NCBI GenBank assembly: GCA_002189035.1
Contig: NEEC01000008.1
Span: 1,488,001 to 1,552,000 of the forward strand
Origin: Utricularia gibba
Taxonomy: Eukaryota > Plantae > Magnoliophyta
Direction of reading: 5' to 3'
Length of the DNA: 64,000 bases
Both the position numbers and the translations under genes were made by a program. Of the stretch, positions 1 to 13,022 are shown in pieces. The notes beneath the pieces are model-generated. The model made no database searches. It was not told the DNA's origin and saw nothing but the letters and a program-made list of their open reading frames with translations. Within the stretch, counting starts at the first letter, position 1; each line of letters opens with the position of its first letter.

Positions 1-214
1 GTGGTTTGTTTTTCTTTTGGGATTCAAGGCGGAAGTGTTTGTTATCGAGATTGTGATATCAATGGGCGAAAAGTCGACAGAATTCACATGCCCTTTCGGA
101 GTTCAAAAGGCTGCGCCTCCGCCTCTTTTCTTCGCATAAAAGGCAGGGATAGAGTGCCCCTGTTTCCCTGTTGCATTCCGTTCGACATTTCGTCCACGGC
201 TGCTTTTCTGTTCC

Positions 215-819
215 ATGGATTTCCTGACACCAGAAAACGAGGATCAGATGGAAATGATGCTGATGCAAATCGAAAAGCATCTCCCTGATTTCTCATCCCC
301 TTCCAATAACAGCGGCAGCAGCAGCAACCCAATCATTGATTTCTCCAACCAGCCACCGAACCCGAATCTCCCTGTTTCCTCCTGCGAACCAGCAGGGGCA
401 ACTCCGTTCCTGCAACGGGAGGGAGAGGGCAAGAGGGCGTCTCCAATGGCGGCTATGCGCGAAATGATATTCAGAATCGCTGCTATGCAGCCCATTCAAA
501 TCGACCCTGAATCGGTCAAACCCCCAAGAGAAGAAACGTCAAGATCTCTAGTGACCCACAGAGTGTCGCCGCGCGACACCGTAGGGAGAGGATCAGTGAG
601 AGGATTCGGATTCTTCAGCGACTCGTCCCTGGGGGGACTAAAATGGACACGGCATCCATGCTCGATGAGGCGATACATTACGTCAAGTTCTTGAAAAGTC
701 AAGTGGAGTCTCTGGAACAGGTTTCGACGATCAATGGGACGCTGCCACCGCCGGAGTCTCACTTTCCGACGGGTACCTATTTTCCGGCGACCAACTTCGA
801 GGACCCATCGAGCTCTTGA
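215..819 (+). CDS. HEC1: HECATE-type bHLH transcription factor, single exon, with apparent -1 frameshift at C5 run 521-525
   Basis: [25 protein letters not shown], then in the shifted frame [60 protein letters not shown] to TGA at 817-819; one extra C restores the canonical HEC protein. Confidence 0.92.
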
Positions 820-1763
820 TTTCCAGTTGATTTTTGTATTTGCGAGGAGCAGAATGAATAACTATTAGTAGCTTAATGGCTTTGTTGATGAAGTTTAATG
901 GGCGCAGTGTTCCCAGAATTCGGTATTGTTAACGATATTAGCATCTAATCTCAACCGTTAAATGCCTCCGGCGTCACCGACGGCTGGGGTGAGACCGCGA
1001 CGGCAAATCCACGTGACGGTCTGACAGGGTGGGCCCGGTTTGTGCCTTGGAGCTCCACGTATATGACCAACGCTGCTCCTGCCACGTGAAACAAGAGTGG
1101 AGTTGATTTCATATTATGTTTTAATTTGATGCATACATGATTAATTTATATAAAATAATATTTTTTTCAAAATATAAATTTATTTTATAAATATTTTTAT
1201 TTAAAAATATATATATTTATCATGTATTTATATACAATTTATAATTAGATTTATATGTAATTCAAAAAATTAAAATAACAAATAACAATATTTATTTTAA
1301 TATCATGGAAATCATTACATCATCTGATAATGAGTTTACATTTAATTATGGATAAATATTAAAATAAAAAGTATTTATATATTTAATTTATGGTATTAAA
1401 TATGAATGCTATAGAATTATTTAATATAAAGTATTAAACTAGCCCTTAGTTCATTAAATAGGATTGACTTGGTTTATTTTTGCCAGATGTCCGAATCTTT
1501 GGGTCGGGTCCAGATTCTGGTTGGGTTGATTGGGTCGGGTTCAGTTATATCCGGATGGTCCAACTTTACCAGAGAGTGTTTCTGGGTATTCCCGTTCAAG
1601 ATTTGATCTTCAAGCATCTGTATGGTTTAGCTTGCATGGTTCCATTTCTCAGAATATTTTATGAGATAGACTTGCACTCATGAACTCCGCGTTATTACAA
1701 ATCCAACTATTAATGTCGGATTGCGGATTATTGTCACCAAAACCAGCAGCAATTGTACAGTGG

Positions 1764-4089
1764 CTAAGAAGAGTGGCAGGTGAAGTATCGAGTAAAGAAT
1801 CCACCACGAAGTACTCTCTGAGGCCATGTTGCTAGATGTGAAGTTCGATGGGCCGCCTGGTTAGCCATCATAGAGCTCCTCATGTGCTCTGCCTTCCTCT
1901 GTGCACCTTTAAGTTTGTTCATTATCTTTTCCATGGATGATGACCTCTTCTTTTCCAGTTTCATCTGCAGGGAAGGAGGAAATGGTGTAGGGATGATTTG
2001 ATGGAGTGGACTGCAGTGGAAACAGAACTCACAAGTACCTCTAGTTTCCTTATTGAAGCCTCCGCTTTTGCTTTTTGCAGATTCTCCCAAGCAGTGATCC
2101 TGGCTTCCTCCCTCTGTGCCCTGAAAGCATGCGTTTGATGTCACAAAGGTGTTTTTAGCGACAGAGCAAAGAAGAAATGTAGGTTTTGCATGATCCATTA
2201 CTTTGAAATGCTCTTTGATGCTCCTGCTGAAATGATCCAACTCTTCTTTGACCACCTCGACATGGTAACACGCTCCCCGATCGTCATGTTCCTGATTTCC
2301 TGTTGGGAGGCATGCAACTCTACAAGGGGGAGAATTGATGGTGTTGCAATGGAGAATGAGGAGATACGCTCGGGGGAGGAATTGGAGCTGTTCTCAGGAC
2401 TCATCTGAGTAGCCATATCCCTCCTTGAGACACCAACGGGTGTGTTGTTTGCAGCAGCATCCTCGATGCCACTGTAATTTCCATCTTGATTTAAACCTGA
2501 AAAAAGGAACTAGTTATGGGGAAAAAAAAAGACTGCAACTCCTGAAGAAAGTAAATAAACCACTACGATCCTGGTACAGCAATGCTTGCAGAGAGGAAGC
2601 AAGGATACCTTCATGTCCTGGAAATGCTGACTTAACTACCATTTCACCGCATCCATGAATACTAATTGACCTCGCCATGCAAGGATTTGTAGCTAAGATG
2701 AAGTTCCCGCCGTCTTGACTGATTCTATGCCGAGTAGATGAGGCATCTGCTGATGCAACTCCTGCAGAAATTGGTGAATCTCCTGCCATTTTCCCAAATT
2801 TTCCACTTTCAAAGGAAGGAACTGCCGGGGAAAACATTTGATAGTACGCCATCCCAGGATTTCCAAGAGGGCCACTTTTTGACTTTGGGCGTTGAGGCTG
2901 TTGGAATGAATTTCTAACCAAACCTTCACCAGAAACCGGACTAAAAATCCATCTCTCAGCATCTTCCCATTTTGAAGGCAGAGTTCTCCCATTGTTGCAG
3001 GCCATCAAAGCACCATTCATATTTCTTCTGTTCATATTACTATGGAGCGGGACACGCTCCGAGCTCCAACCTTTCTGAACCACAACATTAGAGTTCCTAT
3101 ATGTAGGAGTTCCTGGGCTCGGAAATGATCCTGTTCTTTGAGTTGAAGCTGATGGCTTTCGCATTAAACCGATTCTCGGTGATGAAGAGGTTACAGTATT
3201 AGATGACAAATTGTTAAGCTCCCCAGAAGCCAATCTTGGACGCTCTGTTTTCTTCAGTACGACTTCAGATTTTAGCCGTCTTTCCTGGCATTCTGACAAA
3301 AGAGTTTCCAGGAGAAATGAGAAATTCAAATCAACAGTAGCTTCTGGTTTCACTGTACGTATAATTCACATATTAATGTACCTTTAAGAGCTCTAGAGAA
3401 AGAATTTCTAGCAGAATCTAGGGCATTATTATTATTGTCATCCACAGTTGCCTCAGCTTCACTGGTATCCAGTTTTTGGCCTAACTCAGGAACATGATTG
3501 AGTGAAAACATGTTAGGCCTTTGAGCATGAGAAATCAAAATTGAAAACATAAGATGTTGCAAAATTTCCTCTAATGGCCCGTCATCGAAAAGCTCAAATA
3601 TTGTACCTTTCGCCTTCTCTTTTCTGCTGAGAACAACGCTTATCTTGTTCACAGGTGTGAGCTTGGCTGGATCTGGACCACCCCCTACTACTTCAGACCT
3701 TTCACGCCCAACCAAATTCTGTTTCAAACTCAAGAATTCAAACTCCGAACCTCCCATTGAACAAGATGTTTTTTTAACAGAAAAGAACTAGATTCAACCA
3801 AAGCATCATGCCTTTTGCGTACTTAAAACAACCGATAGCGGGTTCAAAGAATGAGTAAGAGCAAAGATACCAACAATCTACCGAAAAATGCAGCTAAATA
3901 GCAGAACATTACTTGAGAAACTGCGGAAGCAACAGAATCTGGGTCAGGTGGATCAGAAGCAAAAGAGCAGCGTTCCACACTGGCAGAAGTGGAAGAGAAC
4001 ATACTGAAGGTGGATTCACCGGTGAAAATAACCGAATCCGGGCTTAAATCACGCCCCGGATGCAGATGTTGAAAACCCACATCCAGCAT
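1764..4089 (-). CDS. Remorin, group 5 (REM5.1-like), 6 exons
   Basis: Exons about 4089-3913, 3718-3382, 3292-2609, 2496-2203, 2110-2039, 1964-1764 with GT-AG borders; motifs QKGWSSERVP, LPSKWEDAERWI, SRRDMATQMSPE, EEARITAWENLQKAKAEASIRKLE|MKLEKKRSSSMEKIMNKL (Remorin_C). Confidence 0.9.
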
Positions 4090-5605
4090 TGTTAGAGAGA
4101 ATAAGAGAAGAAAGTGGTTATGCTGTCATCCCCACGCAAAAACTGTATCGAGGCAGGGGTGTGTCACTGGTCCGCTATACTACGAAAAAGAAAAACACGG
4201 TCTTTATCATGTGGCTTCTTCATGTTTAGGCATCTAGCTCTTGAAAGGTGTACATCCACATAATAAACCGTTCTTTTTGGAGTTTGGTGGGATTAAAGAG
4301 CAGACTTCCATCATAATAAACGAAAAAGTTTAAAGTAGGCCTCACTTCTTTCAATGCTCTGTGGGGGCGTCCCTCCTTTTCACCTCAAAAAAAGTAATCC
4401 CAATTAACCACTATGAATTCAAGATCAAGATCAGAACTTTAGATCACAATTGAACACTAATCAACCTGGGGTGCAATTGTTGGTCTTGGAAATGAATCAG
4501 TTAACAGCATTCAATGGGCACTGACTTTGTCCAGATGGGGGAAATAAATTAGCCCCCACCTTCCCTGACCAACAGTGCCATGATTCGGTCGTCACTACTA
4601 ATTTCAAATTCAACGACTGGAGGAGAAAGAGGGGAAAGATAAAGGCTGTTCATTCAGCAGACAGCCTGGAAACATGTCTCTTCTGCTCATAAAAGAAAAA
4701 AATAATAATAACACACAAGCTCCATAATCGTAGCAACATCCAGAGACAACATAATCGGTGTCCTTGAAATTAAGGGTTTCCAAGCAACATTCAATGCCCT
4801 CAATATAAACAAAAAAAGGAACAGTCAAAAGAAGAAAAAAACAAAGCTGGAAAATCTTTGAATTGGGTTTTTTAAATCTCAAGAGCTCGTTCGATTTGTC
4901 CATCATTCAAGAATTATCTTACAAAGAGCTCACTCGGAACCCCTGGCAACCGTGGAACCCTACAACGCCGGAGCCCGGGGATCGTTCAGAGATTTGTTTC
5001 AAATATTTTTATACATTTACCAAAAATGCTCCAATAATTAATTACAATGGGCCTTGTACTTGATGTTTTTTTTAAAATTTTCACAATAAAATAATTATAT
5101 TAGTTTCTTATCTAAAGAAACATCAAACTCATTCATGAATGTGACAAGGTTTGTTTGATTCCTAGATTTACTTATATTTTATATACAAATTATAAATGAA
5201 TTTCATTTGCTCCATTAATTTTGAATAAACATTACAAAAATGTAGGTATTTTATAAAAGAAAATATTCCAAAATTTTAATTAATATAAATTCTTGAATCT
5301 ATTTTAAATATATTCAAATAATTTAACTTTAGGATAAACTCAAACTTAGGAATCAAAGGAACCCTCAAGTTGCTAATTATATTTTAATATGTATTTATAT
5401 ATTCAAATGAAATCTATAAACCTTTTTTTGTAATACACACGTGATTCATAAAGTAATTGTGTTTTTTAAATACATTTTAAAAAGTATAATTATAAACACA
5501 ATTAAATATCATTAAAAAAATTTAATCACAATTTCAATGCATTAATAAAAGACACGGGGTTGAGTTAGAACGTCTGTTCTTCAGGGCCGCCCTAAGGCGA
5601 GGAAA

Positions 5606-6859
5606 ATGGAGGTGGCGATGGCGGAGCCCGGCGAAATATTGCCTGAGAGAAATGTTGACATGTCGGCACTCTACGATATGCTTCGAGAAGCCAAGGCTTC
5701 TACGGAGGAAACCGTGGCGAAAATGCTGGCAATGAAGAAAGAGGCTCAGCCCAAGTCCCAACTTCGAGAACTTGTCACTCAAGTTCTCCTCAATTTCATC
5801 AAGCTCCGCCAGGTATCGTTAAATTTTATCCGTTTTTTGAGGAATATCACTGCATATATAGGACGCATTTTCCTGCAATCGTGTTGGTACTTGTTTCTTT
5901 CTTGCTAGGGCTTTTTGTTGTTTTGGTGAAAATTGGGATTTGGATATCTTTAGGCGTGGTTGCATTCATTGTTGATTGACAGCATATTCTGGATGGGATG
6001 AATGGGTTTGGATTCTAATATTGGTCCGTCTGTTTCTAAATGCTTTTAACAGGCGAATAGATCGATCTTGCTGGAAGAAGATAGGGTTAAAGCTGAAACG
6101 GAACGCTCGAAGGCTCCTGTAGACTTGATTACTCTGCAACTCCATAATTTAATGTACGAGAAGAATCACTATGTAAAAGCGATAAAGGCATGCAAAGACT
6201 TTAAAACGAAGTATCCGGATATTGAACTTGCACCAGAGGAAGACTTCTTGAAAGATGCCCCTGAAGATATCAAGAGCCCCACATTGTCAGCTGATATGCC
6301 TCATGATTTGATGCTGAAAAGGCTTAACTATGAGCTATTTCAGGCATGTGCTTTCTGTGATTGTACGTATCTTTCCATATTCTTCTAAAAATCAGGTTCC
6401 ATACTTTTTATCTCTATTTCAGCGCAAAGAACTATGCAAGCAGCGTGAGGAGTTGGAAAAGCAAAAGAATTTTCTCCAAGACACAATATCAAGCAGGAGA
6501 AAATTTTTATCTAGTCTTCCAGCATACCTTAAATCTCTCAAAAAAGCATCATTGCCTGTCCAGCAGCATTTAAGTTTCATGCACACCAAAAAACTGAAGC
6601 AGCACCAATTAGCGGAGTTGCTTCCTCCTCCTCTTTATATAATCTACTCACAAATGCTAGCCCAGAAAGAAGCCTTTGGGGAGAACATTGAACTGGAGAT
6701 AGTGGGGAGTGTAAAGGATGCACAGACTTTTGCCCGACAGCTAGCTAACAAGGACTCTGGTAGTTTGATTTATATTATGAATGCTTTTAATGGTCACTTG
6801 GGGTGTTATTATTCCAGCCATGTATCATATCTCTATAGTGCCCATGCTGCATTGTTTAT

Positions 6860-6902
<43 letters not shown>

Positions 6903-9100
6903 TAGCGGCTAGTTTTTGCTTCTACCCTCTACTCATTTGTAGTGAGAAATTCGTTGGTGCATGTTTTATAGTCTCTCACTTCTTGTTCTTTTTTGCCTGT
7001 TAATTTCAAGGAGTTTCCACACATGTGGATATATCAAGGTTGGATGAAGATGCTCTAGATGAGGAAGATGATGAACAAAGGAGGAGAAAGCGGTCTAAAA
7101 AAATACCAAGCAAGGAAAAACTTGACCGGTCTGGCATTTATCAAGGTCATCCACTTAAAGTTCTTCTTGATATAAATGATGATCAGAGTGCTGGTGGAGC
7201 AACGAGAAAACTTATAACTCTGAAATTCGAGTTCTTGTACAAGTTAAACATCGTCTGTGTAGAAGTTGATGGTTCCTATGGGTCTTCTCGTAGTGATACT
7301 TTGTGCAACTTGTTTCCTGACGACACTGGCTTGGAACTCCCTTATCAGGTTTTCTTATTTGTTCATGACTTGGTGACACTATGATTGTAATCTTTGTGTG
7401 TAAAAGTACTCGTTCTTTTCTGTGCAGGCAGTGAAGCTCTGTGTTGGAGATTCTGTTATGTTTGATGAAACAAGAACTTCACGGCCATTTAAGTGGGCTC
7501 AGCATTTAGCAGGAATTGATTTTCTGCCAGAGGTGTCGCCATTGATTTCAGTCACTGCCGAAACAAATGGTGAAAATAGTAAGCATTCACTCATCTTATC
7601 TGGTCTCTCGTTGTATCATCAGCAAAACAGGGTTCAAACTGTTGTTCAAAGGATACGTGACCGAGTGCATGCTCAAATGGCTCTTGAGTGAGTGACTATT
7701 TGAATTTATTGTGGAAAGTTTTGGTTGATGTGTGCTTCATATTAGGTATCGAGGTCTGAGTTTCTGTTTTGATCTCCAGTGCGTCACATTATATGAAAGC
7801 TCTCTCTGTGCGGATGTATTGCTTTTTGTGTGGTCGTTTTTTTTTTCTTGGTTCATGTTTGGTTTTTGGTGAGATTTGGTCCTTCTAAAATTTGATCAAT
7901 TAAATCTGGGAATTCGCCATATTATCTTACAGGCAGATACTTGATTTGTTAAAGACGCTTAATTGGCCACGGTTGATCTCTGACAATGTTCCATGGGCCT
8001 CCCATAAATCAGTCTGTTCCTTTAATGACTGGTATCCCATCTGCGCTACAGGCAATAATGGTATGTCTTCGGTTCATGCCAAGTTATTGAAAGGAAAGGA
8101 CCCTGAAAGCTTCAGACCAAATGTAAAAGTTGTTGCATCTATGGAAGAGATGGAGAATGTAAAGGAGGATGGGGAACTTCCATCTCTAGCTCCTGTTGGT
8201 AATGATGTTACAAGCTTGCCTTCAGGACAATCTGATTTTGAGCAGTCTTGGGATGTAAACTTAATCTCAAGGAGTATTGTATCCCCAGTCAGCAAGGGGA
8301 AATCGCCAAGCTTTAAAAAGATGGATGAGGATGTTGATCTGATGCAGCTATCTGACAGCGAAGTGGATGAGCCAGTCCAAGTGGAAGAATCTCCTGAAAT
8401 TCTGTCGACTGTGGGGAATCGAGGATCAAATTCTACCTCATGGGCCAACTGTGGTATCCAGGAATATATGCTTATACTCACCCAAAAGTTGGGCAATGAC
8501 GAGAGGACAATGAAAATGGAGGCCAAGGTTAAACCAGCTGTATCTTTTTCTGTTTTTCCATTTGGCAGGACCCTGCTATCTTGAAGAGGTTATTTATTTT
8601 CTTTCTTTCTTTTTTTTTCCCAGGTTAAGCTGACTCCAGAATATCCTCTTCGACCACCTCATTTTAGCCTGAATTTGCACAGTTCCTCAGGGGGGATAAT
8701 CATTTTAATGCAATTGGCTCCGAGTTTTTCAATGAGCTTCGGGCGCTTGAGTCAGAGGTGAGCACCTAATACACGGTGATTCCCGTGCCAAGATGAGCAG
8801 TGCCGTTTGTGATTTCTTACCTATGTGCGAAAACTCATGTGTTTCTTTTGTTCCTTGCAGGTGAATTGTCATCTTTTGAGATTGATACCCTCCGCTGAGC
8901 AGAATTTAGTTCTTGATCACCAAGTGCTCTTCCTTGCTATGCTATTTGACTATTTCCTGGATGATACTGTCATGTCCTCCGAGAAGAAACCCACGTCAAA
9001 AATTGACACCGGTTTCCCGAGCCGGTCCTTTCGTGGTCGAGACCACAGAAAGATGATTTCTTTAGAAGCTAACATCCGCTCTGCTAGCAATCCTCGGTAG
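5606..9100 (+). CDS. THO5: THO complex subunit 5 (THOC5/FMIP family), 8 exons, apparent -1 frameshift at G6 run 8690-8695
   Basis: LQLHNLMYEKNHYVKAIKACKDFKTKYPDIEL, RKELCKQRE, LPPPLYIIYSQ, RPFKWAQHLAGIDFLPE, KLTPEYPLRPPHF, FNELRALESE|VN; exon 8624-8757 is 134 nt between phase-0 neighbours. Confidence 0.92.
6861..6901 (+). repeat. Poly-T run (about 41 nt) in THOC5 intron
   Basis: Uninterrupted T run read directly. Confidence 0.9.
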
Positions 9101-9537
9101 ACACCAACAGTTCAGGTTCTTGCTTGGTTTTGTTGGTTCTCAGATAGGATTTTTCTGTGGCTTGGGAGATTCCTGCTGACTATGAAATTCGCTTCCCGGG
9201 TCAGCTTCTACTTCCTCGAAGGAGGGTTTTTAGGACAAACCAAAAGTTGATTTTCATATTTTTTATCACAGAATTTGGGATTCTCAGTCGATTGTGTACT
9301 CAACACATCCCAGATGACACCTTTGATGCTGACAGGAATTCCACCTATTCTTATTATTTCTTAAATCTGGAATATTACATTCGTCAAATCGGAATTCTAG
9401 AACTTAGGATCACAGAAACTAAACATGCTTGCTTTTGAAACGTTGTTGTCCGCTTCCTATTCGGGTACTACTAGAAGATGGTGTTCCTGAGTAATTATCT
9501 ACAAGCCGAGAACGATTGAGTTCCACAGCAGGGTTTA

Positions 9538-11014
9538 TTACAAGGGACCTGACCCCGTCCTCCTCAGGCATTTTCTCTTGCTCTCCTGCTGGCTCATGAG
9601 TTCCAGAACCTGAGGACCATGAAACTCACATGTTGAGACCACATTCGAATCCGAATGCTTCCTTTTCATTAACAAATGCATTAGTGAAATTGCTACCTGA
9701 TTCCTATGCATTTCCACCAGTTCGGCCTACAACATCCAGAAGGAAATAAGAATCCTAATGGAGTAAAATAGTGCATGAGGATCAGGCGATTTGATTTATC
9801 TACCTGCTTTTTTCTCAGGTTCTCATTCTCCTCCTTTAATTTAGCAACTTCTCCTTCCAATTCCACTGTGTATGCCTGCATTTACTCCAGATATAAGCAT
9901 GTTCATTCGCAACACCTTTCTGGAGCCGGTAGCATGTGTGATTTTTAATTACCTGTTTACGAGCTCTTGATCTTGCAGCTGATTCTCTATTTTTAATCAT
10001 TCTCCTTTGCCTTCTCTCAACCACTTTCTCTAAAGCAGGAGTTTTCCTACCGCTTAAACCGCCAATAAAGTAAGGAACTGGAGACACCGAAGATGATGGT
10101 TCACCATTGCTTGGTGAAATGACTGGAGATCCTGCTCCAATCATCCCTAATCCTGCACTCGGTAAGCCGTAGTTCTGAAGCACTGGTTTGTTCACTGTTT
10201 GTTCAGGAATTCCCAGAATCCCATTCCTCGTCCCTGTACTAGCAAGATGATGATTACTATTCGCAAGTCTAACTGTCGAACCATAGGCCAAAGCAGTCTG
10301 CTTCGGCAGAACTGGCTGCGGGTTCTGAGGCGAAAGCTGGTGTCTTGCTCCTTTCGAGTCAACTACCAGATTAGCAGACTGTAATGAAGGAGAGTTGCCA
10401 CTCTCAGGAACCAAACCTCCCATTAATCCACCCTGTTGATGCTGATACACATACCCTGAGCTGCTACTCATCGGGGTTGAAAAATTCCCAAGGAAACCAA
10501 TAGCACTAGGCTTGGGTGGTGGCGCACCCTGAACCTCCTCCCTCACCACACCGGCTCTCACCAAAAACTCCTCCAGTGTAACCTCTCCCAGAGTTACCTG
10601 CCTCTGTGTCTGTGTGAAATTCATCCCACTAACTGGTATATTCTCCTCCTTCCCTGGACCGAATTCCTTGGATATATCACGCCAAACTTCGTCCACCGTT
10701 TTCTGGCTTAGAGTCCTAGGAAGAGTTAGTGACCCCTGTCTCTGTAAATATCCAGGCGCAGCTCCGTCCTTGCCGGCGGCTGTACTTGTCGAACCAAAAC
10801 CGTTGTTCTCCTCTGCGCTCCATATGTTCTTCAGCAACTCATCCATGTTCATTGATCCGAAATCCTTCCCGATTCCCCCAACTGAACTCTGAAACTCATC
10901 GAAAGTCATGGAGTAGATTGAAAGCTGCCTTGGCAGCTGGAAATCCACCTGAGGCGTGTTAGCACCACCGCCTCCCTCACCCCCAACACCCTTGAAATCA
11001 AAATCGCTCCCCAT
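9538..11014 (-). CDS. ABF2: ABF/AREB (group A) bZIP transcription factor, 4 coding exons
   Basis: RQLSIYSMTFDEFQ, FGSMNMDELLKNIWSAEE, LQRQGSLTLPRTLSQKTVDEVW, RQVTLGEVTLEEFLVRAGVVRE, VVERRQRRMIKNRESAARSRARKQ|AYTVELE...|AELVEMHRNQ|...KCLRRTGSGPL*. Confidence 0.93.
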
Positions 11015-11458
11015 CCCGATCGCCCAATCACAGACTCCCCAAACCTGTAAAACCTGAAACAACGGTGGAGAACACTGAAAACCAGCTAAAGAGACGATGA
11101 TTCGACTGAATCGCGCAGTGAAGGAGAAGGGTCTGAGCAATTCAAAGTCCTGTCTGATTTCTTATATACATATATACACACACAGAGAAAGGGGGAAAAA
11201 TAGAAGGGAGGCTTACTCCGATGAAGATTTCTGCGCAGAGCCGCCCGCTGGATTCGCTGGCTTTGAAGACGAAGTATGTGATCAAGGAGGCGATTCCGGC
11301 GTGTGTTGCTTAGTGGGAAGCCGGCGACACGGGAACAGTGATCGGAAAGGGCGAAGGAGATAACGAGGGCGATGTGAAGCATGGGACCAGGGAAGCATTG
11401 AAATCGGCGCGGAATTCCCGGCTGTAGAGTGGAGAAAGATGTGGGCAATCCGCACCGT

Positions 11459-12150
11459 CCACGCGTCCGACCCATCGACGGCTGGATTCCGACCGAGGTG
11501 ATTCCTGCCCTTGTCGCTTTTTCGGACAACCTGGATTTTGTTTTCATTTTAACATAAAACTGTTATCTCGTATTACAAAACCCATTTTACTGGTCCCGTT
11601 TTAACACGCATTTCGTACTCAATTTATTCCACAGAAAACACAATACTCGTACAATATACATTAATAAAATGGCGAAGCCCACGCCCCGAACATGTGCCAT
11701 GTGGGCCGCCCCTTGTAGGGCGCCAGTTCGGAGCCCCGACCGTAGCCACGTGATCGTCCTGAACCCAATCCCAATTCATGATATTGCCTCACCAGCTACA
11801 CCCACCCACTGCAACGAATTTACCATCTTGATTTTTTTTGTTCAAGATTTATTTATGGGCATATCCAAATACTAGCGGATTCAAATCCAAATTGAATGGG
11901 TCGGATTTGGATTTCGGGTCTAAAAAATCCATATCCTGTGGAAGGGTTTGGGGTATTTTGAAATCTGATTACCCTCTCATTACTGTGTAAAAAATTTGGA
12001 CATTTTCAATATATTTTTTTAACATAGTATGTGTGAAAGAGGTTCAGATTTGTAAATGGCCCGGAAGAGTTTAGCAGGCCCAGTCATGGTTACGAAGAGT
12101 TCTAGGCTTTATGATGGGCTTTACTGCAGCCCAATTCCAATTAGCCACGT
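11459..12150 (-). promoter_or_regulatory. ABRE / CE3-like elements upstream of the ABF gene
   Basis: CE3-like CCACGCGTCC at 11459-11468, ABRE GCCACGTG at 11745-11752 and GCCACGT at 12144-12150; motif match only. Confidence 0.45.
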
Positions 12151-12419
12151 CGGGCTCATCGACTTACTACATGTCGTGTTTTTTTTCTTTTTAAATAGTA
12201 AATATATATTTTTTAATTTTTAACTTAACTAATTTTGATCATAAGATTTAAATTATATTTATTTTATATAGTTGTTTAAAATATTGAATTAATAAATTAT
12301 TTAAATCAAGGAATGTGTGCCTGTATTCTTTCTTTGTTTTCGTTATTGGGGAATGGGAAACGAAAAGAGAAACCTTTGCTAGTAATGAAGAGGAAGGTTT
12401 GATGTTTTTGAGTTCATGG

Positions 12420-13022
12420 CTAGTGGACGTCTTGCGTAACGGTGGAGTTTTTGCAGTGCGCGATCGCAGCTTCGATGGCAGCCTGCAGTTCTTCCATTGA
12501 ACTGTCATTGTGCGCCATCGGGGTCGAATTCCCGCTAGAAACCAACAACCCGCTATTCGACGGCGAACCTCTCACCGTCGCCGGCGCCGACCGACGCATC
12601 GCCTCCTTGGTTCTCTTCATCGTCATGTGGGGCAGCCGCTCAACCGCAGGATCCCTCTTCCCCTGTTTTTCTACCTTGTTTCTCAACGAACCCAAAATCG
12701 GCTTCGCCAATCTCTCGTACCACTTGTGCACATCAAATTTCTTCCTTTTGTTTCTCTCGAACTTGGGCATCGAGAAAAATCGAAACTTTTCCCTTTCTTT
12801 GCCTTTTAACAGATGGGTATCCTCGATCTCGATCCCCTTATCCGCGACTCCGCCATCCTCGCCGTTATCCGCCGAGTGGAAATGGAGAGGCAGCAAATGC
12901 CCGTGATGGAAGATCTCATCCGCCGGAGACAAATCCACGGCAGCGGCGCGGGAAGTTGCTTCCGGCGGGTGGACTGAAAAAGAGAAGGAGAAGTCAGATG
13001 ATTCCCGGCGGGCTGCTTCCAT
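12420..13022 (-). CDS. BKI1: BRI1 kinase inhibitor 1 / MAKR-family protein, intronless
   Basis: DLSPADEIFHHGHLLPLH near N-terminus, K/R-rich middle, C-terminal RSAPATVRGSPSNSG...DSSMEELQAAIEAAIAHCKNS. Confidence 0.85.
   Translation of the reverse strand: MEAARRESSDFSFSFSVHPPEATSRAAAVDLSPADEIFHHGHLLPLHFHSADNGEDGGVADKGIEIEDTHLLKGKEREKFRFFSMPKFERNKRKKFDVHKWYERLAKPILGSLRNKVEKQGKRDPAVERLPHMTMKRTKEAMRRSAPATVRGSPSNSGLLVSSGNSTPMAHNDSSMEELQAAIEAAIAHCKNSTVTQDVH

Noticed and set aside
1490-1570. GGGTCGGGT-type subterminal repeats (similar patches at about 11880-11930 and 52527-52570)
   Set aside because: Probably hAT-MITE debris, but no paired TIRs or TSD could be defined
12442-12906. 154-aa plus-strand ORF (and similar shadows at 32230-32763, 40629-41108, 46480-46884)
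   Set aside because: Antisense shadows of real GC-rich coding exons
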